Assembly: GCA_038883715.1 (NCBI GenBank)
Contig: JAVZLS010000024.1
Location: 1-11,990, forward strand
Source of the DNA: Candidatus Bathyarchaeia archaeon
GTDB taxonomy: Archaea; Thermoproteota; Bathyarchaeia; Bathyarchaeales; Bathycorpusculaceae
Direction of reading: 5' to 3'
DNA: 11,990 bases
Positions 1-7,655 of the stretch are shown in pieces. The notes under the pieces are model-generated. The model made no database searches and was not told the origin of the DNA. It worked only from the letters and a program-made list of their open reading frames with translations. The translations under genes were made by a program, and so were the position numbers. The number at the start of each line of letters is the position of its first letter. Within the stretch, counting starts at the first letter, position 1.

Positions 1-1050
1 GAATATAAGGCTGGGGATGCCCGTGGCAGTCACCCGATGGGCTTAGGCCCCTACAGACTGACAAAATGGACTAGAACTGCTGGCAGAGACGAAGAGATGG
101 TGCTTGAAGCTAATCCTAACTACTGGAATGCGTCCGGAGGTTATCCGAAGACTCAGAAAATTGTTATTAAGTTCTATTCGGATTCTGCAAGTCTCGCTTT
201 AGCTATTGATGCTGGGGAAATAGACATTGCCTTCAGACAGCTTTCAGCTACGGATATAAACAACCTTAAAACGAAAACTCACTTGAAGGTTTGGGAAGGA
301 ACAGGAGCTTTCATCCAATATCTTGTTCTACAAGAAAAATATCCGCCCTTCGATAACCCGATAATAAGGCAAGCTGTTGCTGCCGCTATCAACAGAACAG
401 CTATTGTTAACACGGTCTTCCTTGGGCAAGTTCAAAAATTATACAGTATGATACCTATAGGCATGTTCGGACATAGAGATGCCTTTCTAACGCTTGGTGA
501 TCCAAACTATACGCTAACGCGGCAACTGCTGGCTCCATTAGGATATAATGAAGAAAATAAACTGACATTCGCATTGTGGTACGAAACTTCCGGACACTAT
601 CCACAAAGTCCAGAACTCGCCCAGATGCTAAAGGCTTCCTTAGAAGCTAGTGGAGTAATATCAGTAAACCTTCGAGGGGTTGATTGGGCGGCATACAGGA
701 CGAAACGAATAAATGAAGAAATGGAAGCCTATATCCTAGGCTGGTATCCAGACTACATAGACCCTGACGACTACATCTATCCATTCCTCCATTCTTCCGG
801 CGGATCGTGGCTTCACCATAACTATAACAATACCTATATGGATCAGCTCATTGAATGGGCGAGGGGCAACACAACAGCGTCCATAAGAGAACAACTTTAT
901 GAGGAAATTCAAGAACTCATGGTGGAGGACTGCCCGATAATACCGATTTACCAAGGTTCAGCTTGGGCTGTCACAAAGACAAACATTAAGGGAGTCTACT
1001 TGGACATAACACAGTCTTGGCGCCACTGGCTAGTGTACAAAGAAGAGTAA
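1..1050 (+). CDS. dppA: ABC transporter substrate-binding protein, family 5 (DppA/OppA/NikA-like), 5'-truncated
   Basis: Frame is open from base 1 (EYKAGDARGSHPM...), so ATG 37 is internal. Family 5 motifs: GLGPYRL, LEANPNYW, PFDNPIIRQAVAAAINR, GWYPDYIDPD, Q..MVEDCPIIPIY. Ends TAA TAA and precedes permeases. Substrate is not determinable. Confidence 0.93.
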   Translation, partial: EYKAGDARGSHPMGLGPYRLTKWTRTAGRDEEMVLEANPNYWNASGGYPKTQKIVIKFYSDSASLALAIDAGEIDIAFRQLSATDINNLKTKTHLKVWEGTGAFIQYLVLQEKYPPFDNPIIRQAVAAAINRTAIVNTVFLGQVQKLYSMIPIGMFGHRDAFLTLGDPNYTLTRQLLAPLGYNEENKLTFALWYETSGHYPQSPELAQMLKASLEASGVISVNLRGVDWAAYRTKRINEEMEAYILGWYPDYIDPDDYIYPFLHSSGGSWLHHNYNNTYMDQLIEWARGNTTASIREQLYEEIQELMVEDCPIIPIYQGSAWAVTKTNIKGVYLDITQSWRHWLVYKEE

Positions 1051-1064
1051 TAAACAAACTTTAA

Positions 1065-1080
1065 TTTCTCCCTTCTTTTT
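1065..1080 (+). terminator. Pyrimidine/oligo-T tract after the binding protein gene; putative intra-operon archaeal terminator
   Basis: TTTCTCCCTTCTTTTT starts 15 nt after the stop codon. Archaeal transcription terminates at U-rich tracts. Confidence 0.5.
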
Positions 1081-1102
1081 ATGCATTATTGATGTGGACA
1101 AC

Positions 1103-2335
1103 ATGACACTACGCGCTTACATAATTTCACGAATATTGCTTACGATACCAATGATATTGATACTCCTTACAATGGTATTTGTCATAATGCGAGTTTTACC
1201 CGGTGACCCCGTTTTACTTCACTTTGAGAAAGCAGAACATCCAGAAGCAATAGAGGAAATGCGACAAAAACTGGGGCTCGATAAGCCTCTATGGGTTCAA
1301 TATTTTGACTATTTATTTGGCCTTTTAAGGGGAGATCTTGGCAAGTCAATGCATGACTTCTCCCCAGTAGCTGAGCAAATTTTCTCCGCATTTCCTGCGA
1401 CGTTAGAACTCGCAATCTATTCCATGATCATTGCAGTTTTAATTGGCATATTTTTAGGAGTGGAAGCGTCAAAATCTTACAATAAACCAAAAGATCACGC
1501 GATAAGAATTTTTGGAATAGTCACATATGCCATGCCCATTTTTTTCTTAGGCATGGTATTTCAGATAATCTTCGCGGTTAATTTGCGCTGGCTACCAGTG
1601 GGAGGAAGAACATATCCAACAATGGAGCCAGAAGGGTTAAAAATACCGCTTTCTCAACTTTCTGGAGGGTTCGCCACTCACCTAATTTTGTCTTGTGTAG
1701 CTGGTTTGATAATCTCTATCCTATGCTTTGTTGCACTTAAATTAAAAGGCAAAAAAATTACAAGAAAAACCTTAGGAACTCTTATTTCTATATTTTTAAT
1801 AGTTTGGATTCTGTGGGCTTGGGTGGGCTGGTACTTTATCTCCAAGGGCGAATTACGCATAGCAACTGGCTTATACACGATTGACAGCTTGCTCGAAGGA
1901 AACCTTTACAAGTTCGCTGAAGCCCTACGATACCTTATCCTACCATCTCTAACATTGGGTTTGGTTCTTTCTGGGGTCTTCATTAGGCTGACGAGGAGTA
2001 ACATGTTCGAAACTCTTAGGCTTGACTTTGTCACAGCGGCAAAAGCCAGAGGATTAAAAGAAACCACGGTGATTTACGGCTATGCCCTCAGAAATGCCTT
2101 CCTTCCAATACTTACCATGATGGGACTACAATTTGCAGCCCTCCTTGGCGGAGCAATTTTGACGGAAACCACCTTTTCATGGCCTGGTCTTGGAAGGTAC
2201 ATTGTCGAACGCATAAACTTCAGAGACTACACCGCTATTCAAGGGGCTGTTGTTTTCTTTGGGATTTTGGTGTCCATAGTTAGCCTGGTGATCGATTTGT
2301 TATATGCCTATTTGGATCCGAGAATTAGATTGTAA
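1103..2335 (+). CDS. dppB: Peptide/nickel ABC transporter permease (DppB/OppB) with an internal insertion
   Basis: N-terminal YIISRILL..P, LPGDP, LGLDKPLWVQY..YL..LLRGDLGKS; EAA-type loop DFVTAAKARGL; TETTFSWPGLG; C-terminal DLLYAYLDPRIR. Start ATG 1103 preferred, GTG 1094 possible. Confidence 0.95.
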   Translation: MTLRAYIISRILLTIPMILILLTMVFVIMRVLPGDPVLLHFEKAEHPEAIEEMRQKLGLDKPLWVQYFDYLFGLLRGDLGKSMHDFSPVAEQIFSAFPATLELAIYSMIIAVLIGIFLGVEASKSYNKPKDHAIRIFGIVTYAMPIFFLGMVFQIIFAVNLRWLPVGGRTYPTMEPEGLKIPLSQLSGGFATHLILSCVAGLIISILCFVALKLKGKKITRKTLGTLISIFLIVWILWAWVGWYFISKGELRIATGLYTIDSLLEGNLYKFAEALRYLILPSLTLGLVLSGVFIRLTRSNMFETLRLDFVTAAKARGLKETTVIYGYALRNAFLPILTMMGLQFAALLGGAILTETTFSWPGLGRYIVERINFRDYTAIQGAVVFFGILVSIVSLVIDLLYAYLDPRIRL

Positions 2336-2346
2336 GAGGGGCCATC

Positions 2347-3237
2347 ATGAGTAAGTTTGGTATAAAGCGAGGCATGCTTTCGAGCATTATTCCAGCCATA
2401 GGTTCTCTGAAAGAGAGAGGGTTGTCTGGATGGCTTGTAATCTTAGGCGCCGCTATAGTAACGTCAATAATTCTTATGACTTTGCTGGCTCCATGGATTT
2501 CTCCATACGATCCAACAACTAAAGGAGTAAACGTTGGTGCGCCACTAACCCCACCCAACTCCAAATTTCCTTTCGGGACTAATCATCTCGGCCAGGACAT
2601 GTTAAGTAGAGTGATATCTGGAGGGAGTATAATGCTTCAAGTTGCTTTTCTATCAGTTGCGATCTGCTTAGCAATTGGAGTTCCGGTAGGGCTATTCTCG
2701 TCCTATATTGGTGGGATGCTCGATAGAGGCATTTGCCTCGTTATGGACAGCATTTACGCGTTCCCCGGTCTAATTCTTGCGATTGCAATTGCGGCAATGC
2801 TTGGTAGAGGAGTTGTGAACATGGCCTTATCAATAGCCGTGGTATACGTTCCATCCTACTTCAGAGTTGTTCGAAGTCAAGTGCTAAGCATAAAAGAGAT
2901 GCCCTACGTTGAGGCCGCTCGATCCATTGGGGCAAAAAGCAGCACAATACTCTTCAAATATATTTTGCCAAATGTTATTCCATCAATAGTTGTTGTTGCA
3001 ACCGTAAATTTTGCCGACGCCATCCTTACGGCTGCTGGTTTAACCTTCGTCGGTTTAGGCGTTGAAGTAGACGTCCCTGACTGGGGATGGGATCTTGCAA
3101 ACGGTCGTAAACTTCTTCCAAGTGGAGCTTGGTGGGTGATAACATTTCCTGGAATATTTATAATCCTTTTAGCCTTGGGATTCACGTTAATGGGGGAGGG
3201 GCTAAGCGAAATATTGAATCCAAAACTTGGAGAATAA
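2347..3237 (+). CDS. dppC: Peptide/nickel ABC transporter permease (DppC/OppC)
   Basis: APWISPYDP, FPFGTNHLGQDMLSR, EAA motif YVEAARSIGA, ILPN, PDWG, WWVITFPG, GEGLSEILNP. GAGGG lies just upstream of the ATG. Confidence 0.95.
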   Translation: MSKFGIKRGMLSSIIPAIGSLKERGLSGWLVILGAAIVTSIILMTLLAPWISPYDPTTKGVNVGAPLTPPNSKFPFGTNHLGQDMLSRVISGGSIMLQVAFLSVAICLAIGVPVGLFSSYIGGMLDRGICLVMDSIYAFPGLILAIAIAAMLGRGVVNMALSIAVVYVPSYFRVVRSQVLSIKEMPYVEAARSIGAKSSTILFKYILPNVIPSIVVVATVNFADAILTAAGLTFVGLGVEVDVPDWGWDLANGRKLLPSGAWWVITFPGIFIILLALGFTLMGEGLSEILNPKLGE

Positions 3238-3241
3238 GGAA

Positions 3242-4207
3242 ATGCAAAAACAGCTGTTGACCGTTGAAAATCTGACAGTTGAATACTGGACAAGAAAGGG
3301 AAAGGTACGAGCAGTAGACGAAGTCTCCTTCTCTTTGGGTAAGGCTGAAACTCTGGGTGTAGTTGGAGAGTCGGGCTCTGGAAAGTCCACGTTAGGTCTT
3401 TCCTTGATCCGTCTCGTTCCTCCGCCGGGTAGAATAGTTAAAGGAAATGTGTGGCTTGAGGGTAAAGACATTTTAAAGCTTCGTGAGGGCGAAATAAGAA
3501 ACATTAGGGGGAGGAAAATCTCCTTCGTTTTTCAAGATCCAATGACTTCTTTAAACCCTGTTAAGCGAATAGGCGAACACTTTGTAGAGTTGATTCAAAC
3601 CCATGAACCAAACGTGAGCAAGGATGAGGCCTTTAAACGCGCGGAGAGGCTTCTTGCAGATGTTGGTATACAACCCGAGCGCATCGACGACTATCCGCAT
3701 CAGTTAAGCGGTGGAATGCGGCAACGTGTGATGATAGCTTTAGCAATAACCCTAAATCCATGCGTGGTTGTCGCCGACGAACCAACAACCGCATTAGACG
3801 TAATTGTTCAAGCAAAGATACTTGACCTCCTAAAGGATGTTCAAAACATGTATTCTATGGCCCTCATCTTTATCACACACGACTTAAGCATAACGATTGA
3901 AAGATGTGACAAAATTCTTGTGATGTATGCCGGACAAATTGTTGAGTATTCCAATATAAGGAATGTCTATAAAAATCCCCAGCATCCGTATACACAAGGC
4001 CTTTTAAAATCTATTCCAAACATCGAGTTGGCAGACCAAAAACTTGAAGCCATACCGGGATCCCCTCCAGATCTCCTTAACCCTCCAAAGGGTTGCCGGT
4101 TTTGGCCCCGCTGCTCTTACGCTATGGAGAAGTGTAGAAAAGCCATTCCACAATTGGTAGAAACCGAAACAGACCACCTTGTTCGCTGCTTTTTGTATGG
4201 GGGATAG
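3242..4207 (+). CDS. dppD: Peptide ABC transporter ATP-binding protein (DppD/OppD)
   Basis: Walker A GESGSGKS, FQDPMTSLNP, signature YPHQLSGGMRQR, Walker B VVADEPTTALD, H-loop ITHD, C-terminal HPYT and Cys motif CRFWPRC..C..C. ATG 3242 (after GGAGA/AAGGA) preferred over the overlapping TTG 3227. Confidence 0.95.
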   Translation: MQKQLLTVENLTVEYWTRKGKVRAVDEVSFSLGKAETLGVVGESGSGKSTLGLSLIRLVPPPGRIVKGNVWLEGKDILKLREGEIRNIRGRKISFVFQDPMTSLNPVKRIGEHFVELIQTHEPNVSKDEAFKRAERLLADVGIQPERIDDYPHQLSGGMRQRVMIALAITLNPCVVVADEPTTALDVIVQAKILDLLKDVQNMYSMALIFITHDLSITIERCDKILVMYAGQIVEYSNIRNVYKNPQHPYTQGLLKSIPNIELADQKLEAIPGSPPDLLNPPKGCRFWPRCSYAMEKCRKAIPQLVETETDHLVRCFLYGG

Positions 4208-4212
4208 GGAAA

Positions 4213-5205
4213 ATGAGTCAAACAGAGATTGTAAGGGTTGAAAACTTGAAAAAGTATTTTCCGGTTGAAAAAAGCTTTTTAGAGAGATTACTAACTCGCA
4301 CCAGAAGCTTTGTCCACGCGGTTGACGGTGTAACTTTCTCTGTTCGGAAGGGTGAAGTTTTCACTTTGGCTGGTGAAAGTGGTTGTGGAAAAACCACCAC
4401 TGGGAAGCTTATTTTAGGGCTTATTCCGCCAACATCTGGAAAGGTGTTTTTTAAAGATCAGGAAATAACAAAACTGGGCCAGAATGAATTAAGGCTTGTG
4501 AGAAGAAAAATGCAGATAATCTTTCAAGATCCTTACGCTTCATTTAATCCTCGAATGAGAATAGGAGACGCCATAGGACATCCGCTGGAGATTCACGGAT
4601 TAGCTACGGGTGAGGAAAAGCGGAAGAAAGTTTTGGCGATGTTGGAACGTGTCGGCTTAACACCTCCAGAACAATTCATAGATTTATACCCCCATCAGCT
4701 GAGCGGAGGACAAAGACAGAGAGCAGCAATGGCGCGGTCACTTATCTTAGAACCTGAATTTATTGTTGCAGACGAACCAGTTTCCATGATTGATGTCTCT
4801 CTTAGAACAACTATAATTGACTTGATGTTAGACCTTAAAAAAGCATTGCAACTCACATATCTTTTCATAACACATGATTTGGCAATAGCCAAATACATTT
4901 CTGACAGAATCGCGATAATGTACCTCGGAAAAATCGTGGAAATGGGCGATAAAAAAGAAATATTCTTAAAACCCGTGCATCCCTACACCCAAGCGCTTCT
5001 TTCAGCCATACCTGTTCCAAATCCGGAACGTAAAAGGAAAGTGATAGAGCTTAAGGGTGAAGTGCCTTCAGCTATAAAAATTCCCACGGGCTGCCGTTTT
5101 CACCCAAGATGCCCGCTCGCCGAAAATATATGCGCAAAAGAGGAACCAGAATTGAGAGCTGTAGCAGCAGAGCATTTCGTGGCTTGTCATCTAGCAAAAA
5201 GTTGA
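4213..5205 (+). CDS. dppF: Peptide ABC transporter ATP-binding protein (DppF/OppF)
   Basis: GESGCGKT, FQDPYASFNPR, YPHQLSGGQRQR, IVADEPVSMID, ITHD, HPYT, CRFHPRCP..C..VACH. Confidence 0.95.
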   Translation: MSQTEIVRVENLKKYFPVEKSFLERLLTRTRSFVHAVDGVTFSVRKGEVFTLAGESGCGKTTTGKLILGLIPPTSGKVFFKDQEITKLGQNELRLVRRKMQIIFQDPYASFNPRMRIGDAIGHPLEIHGLATGEEKRKKVLAMLERVGLTPPEQFIDLYPHQLSGGQRQRAAMARSLILEPEFIVADEPVSMIDVSLRTTIIDLMLDLKKALQLTYLFITHDLAIAKYISDRIAIMYLGKIVEMGDKKEIFLKPVHPYTQALLSAIPVPNPERKRKVIELKGEVPSAIKIPTGCRFHPRCPLAENICAKEEPELRAVAAEHFVACHLAKS

Positions 5206-5215
5206 AGGATCATTT

Positions 5216-6820
5216 CTAACTTTGGCTTAACGCTCTTTGTAGGGCGTTTATCACGTTTTGTTTGCCCATGGCGGTTATGTATGGGCCTAGTCTGGGTCCT
5301 TGTGGCGCGCCTATTAGTATGTTGTATAGGGTTTTGAAGAATTCTGGCGGTGGTATGCCGTGTTTTTTGGCAGTATTGAATATAGCGTTTTGTATTTTTT
5401 CCGCCTCTTCTTCTGTTTTTAGGGTTTCGATTAGTTCTTTTATGGCGTTTTTCTCTTCTGGTTTTAAGGTTATTGCGGTTTCTCGGATTTCTTCGAAGTC
5501 TTTAACCCAGTTGAGGGCATATTCTATTCGCCTTCTTAGGTTTTGGTCTGGCTGTTGTCCTTTTTGTAGGTAGCCGTAGCTTTGGAGCTTTTCAGTTATG
5601 AACTCTATTTCTTTGCCTTTCGGCGCGATTTTTGCCAGAAAAGTTAGAATGTTGTATGGCACATGTATGCTCGGTTGTTTGGGCGGTTTTAAGACCCAGC
5701 AGTACTCATATAAGCCTCTAAGCTTTGCTAGCTCCTTTTTGTCTGGAACTGTCTTCTTTCCAAAGTACATGTCTTCCAAATAGTCCAATTCGTTCATGTA
5801 TGACGGTATGTCCGTCACGTCCAAAGTGCGAGTCCCAACAAACCTTTTTAGCATGAGGAGCATGAGCGATTGGGGTGAACCATACCTAAACCATACTTGC
5901 GGCGTGAAAACGTTGCCTGTTGACTTTGAAATTTTTCTCCCGCTTTTGTCAAGGAACATTTCATATTTTGCGTGGGCTGGCGGTTCGCAGCCTAACACTT
6001 CGCGGCATATTCTGTCATTTACGCGAACCGAGTCGGCAATATCCTTGCCATAAGCCTCAAACCTTATGTCTAGGGCTTTCCATCTTGCTGCAAATTCGCC
6101 CTTCCAGCTTAACTTTCCTTCACCCTTTGTTATGTCGGCTTCGCCCTTGTATCCGCAACCTTCAATCCACCTGCCCTTAATTTCCATACCATCGCAAACG
6201 TAAAGCACCTTATCCTCTTTTGGAAGGTATTCCAGCGCTTTTGTGGTGTATATTCTTCCACAGTTTCCGCAAACTGCGAAGTATGGCAAGACCTCCATGT
6301 ATCTTTCTTGTCCCACCTCTTCCTTGACAATTTCCCCAACCTTCTTCGCATTTAAGAGCAATGTTCGGATTTCCTTGTTTAGTAAGCCGTTTTTGTAGGC
6401 GTCTTTAGCCGATATGTAATGGTATTCTATGTTGCATTTGTCTAGGGCTTCAAGTAGAAGGTGGCTCATGTGTCTGCCGTAACTGTCATGGCATTTAAAC
6501 GGGTCTGGTATGTCCGTGACAGGAAATCCCAAATATTTCTCTAGAGTTTTCGGCAGCCCCGCCGGGACTTTGCGTAGTCCGTCTTTGTCGTCGCAAAAGG
6601 CTATTAGCTCTGAACGGCAGCCTTGCTCCCTCAAGGCTAGGGTGACAGCGTAGGCGCGAGCGGCGTCGCCTAAACTTCCAATGTGGGGAAAACCTGAAGC
6701 TCCCAGCCCCATCTCGGTCCTTATTATGTCTAGGCTTCTGCCCAGCTTCCGCTCTCTTTCAATTATTTTCAGAGCCATTTTGTCGTACCATGTTCCCCGA
6801 CCGATGATTTCGCTGCCCAT
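5216..6820 (-). CDS. lysS: Lysine--tRNA ligase, class I (LysRS1)
   Basis: 534 aa. HIGH-like ASGFPHIGS, DDKDGLRKVP, IPDPF.CH.SY, CGNCGR zinc knuckle, GKLSWK.EFAARW, FEAYGKD, KMSKS-like KISKSTGN, C-terminal FFK.LY.ILIG..QGPRLG anticodon-binding domain. Confidence 0.97.
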   Translation of the reverse strand: MGSEIIGRGTWYDKMALKIIERERKLGRSLDIIRTEMGLGASGFPHIGSLGDAARAYAVTLALREQGCRSELIAFCDDKDGLRKVPAGLPKTLEKYLGFPVTDIPDPFKCHDSYGRHMSHLLLEALDKCNIEYHYISAKDAYKNGLLNKEIRTLLLNAKKVGEIVKEEVGQERYMEVLPYFAVCGNCGRIYTTKALEYLPKEDKVLYVCDGMEIKGRWIEGCGYKGEADITKGEGKLSWKGEFAARWKALDIRFEAYGKDIADSVRVNDRICREVLGCEPPAHAKYEMFLDKSGRKISKSTGNVFTPQVWFRYGSPQSLMLLMLKRFVGTRTLDVTDIPSYMNELDYLEDMYFGKKTVPDKKELAKLRGLYEYCWVLKPPKQPSIHVPYNILTFLAKIAPKGKEIEFITEKLQSYGYLQKGQQPDQNLRRRIEYALNWVKDFEEIRETAITLKPEEKNAIKELIETLKTEEEAEKIQNAIFNTAKKHGIPPPEFFKTLYNILIGAPQGPRLGPYITAMGKQNVINALQRALSQS

Positions 6821-6862
6821 TGGGCTTTCAACCCTTACCGAATATTCTTTTTGTGGTATGTG

Positions 6863-6871
6863 GATAAAAAA
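6863..6871 (-). promoter_or_regulatory. TTTTTTATC element upstream of lysS; putative TATA box and/or terminator of the upstream gene
   Basis: Minus strand reads CTAAACATTTTTTATCC about 43-51 nt upstream of the lysS ATG and about 30 nt downstream of the Zn-ribbon gene stop. Confidence 0.35.
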
Positions 6872-6902
6872 TGTTTAGAATTAGAATAAGGTTTAGCAAA
6901 GC

Positions 6903-7655
6903 CTATAATATCCCAAATTTGGCTATCGGTATGTCCCCTTTTATGACGGTCCCCGTTGCTCCATCCAGCCACAAATTGTAGATTTCGCCCCTATACTCGT
7001 ATTTTATGAACCATATCGGCGCGTGAAGGTAAACCGTTTGACCAATTTTTATCTCGTTTTTCATTTCAATGATTCTGTCGACATCTTGCTGTGCCAGGTA
7101 ATGGTGATGCTCTACAATCTGCTGTTTAGCGATTTCAACAGCCTCATCTCTGTCGATTTCGCTGTTTAATATTTTTGCGAAATCCTCAATTTTCCTAAAG
7201 TCGTATGGAATCTTGCCCTCTAATGGAACGTCGTAGTCTCTTGTTGGAAATTGTGTGGCTTTCCTTGCAAGAACAAGCCAGTCATACTTTTTCACGATCT
7301 TCCCCTCCTTCATAAGGGGTGGGGTTATCCTTTCAAAAATGCCTTTGTAGGTGCTTTCCGCTTCAACCGATATGATCCAGAAGGGGAGATATATCAGCGT
7401 CTTCTCAATTATTTTTGACCTCTTAGCTAGATCTGCCGGTTTGAGAAATCCAGAACTCATCCAACCTCTGATAGGCTCTTCTACTTGCACCAAATTATAC
7501 TTGTTCAGCAGCATTGAATGCTCAAAGGTGAAGGCTTTTCCGGTTTCAATTATCACCGTGTAGCCGCAGTATCTGCATGTTGCTATAATTTCGCCCGGCT
7601 CAAAAGAGATAGGTGCGCCACAGTAGGAGCAACTTAACTCCTTAACGATTGACAT
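6903..7655 (-). CDS. Zinc-ribbon domain protein (YdjG-like, uncharacterised)
   Basis: N-terminal CSYCG-x13-CRYCG, followed by YLPFW, YLHAPIWFIKYEY.G..Y...LDGATGTVIKGDIP. ATG 7655 (preceded by AAAGGAA) preferred to 7679. Overlaps the end of the upstream oxidoreductase by 14 nt. Confidence 0.8.
   Translation of the reverse strand: MSIVKELSCSYCGAPISFEPGEIIATCRYCGYTVIIETGKAFTFEHSMLLNKYNLVQVEEPIRGWMSSGFLKPADLAKRSKIIEKTLIYLPFWIISVEAESTYKGIFERITPPLMKEGKIVKKYDWLVLARKATQFPTRDYDVPLEGKIPYDFRKIEDFAKILNSEIDRDEAVEIAKQQIVEHHHYLAQQDVDRIIEMKNEIKIGQTVYLHAPIWFIKYEYRGEIYNLWLDGATGTVIKGDIPIAKFGIL

Noticed and set aside
37-1050. ATG 37 as the start of the binding protein
   Set aside because: The frame is open to base 1 and the sequence begins mid-domain without a signal peptide, so the gene starts upstream of the window.
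736-4898. Short minus-strand ORFs (736-954, 1182-1415, 1678-1878, 2325-2564, 2904-3293, 3202-3504, 3633-3815, 4218-4400, 4695-4898)
   Set aside because: All are antisense shadows of well-supported dpp genes with no recognisable motifs.
5216-6820. Class I LysRS as an unusual feature or a sign of pyrrolysine recoding
   Set aside because: LysRS1 is normal in archaea. I saw no pyl genes, no tRNA and no in-frame stop interrupting a recognisable gene.
6875-6886. TTAGAA tandem duplication upstream of lysS
   Set aside because: Two copies of an AT-rich 6-mer are expected by chance.
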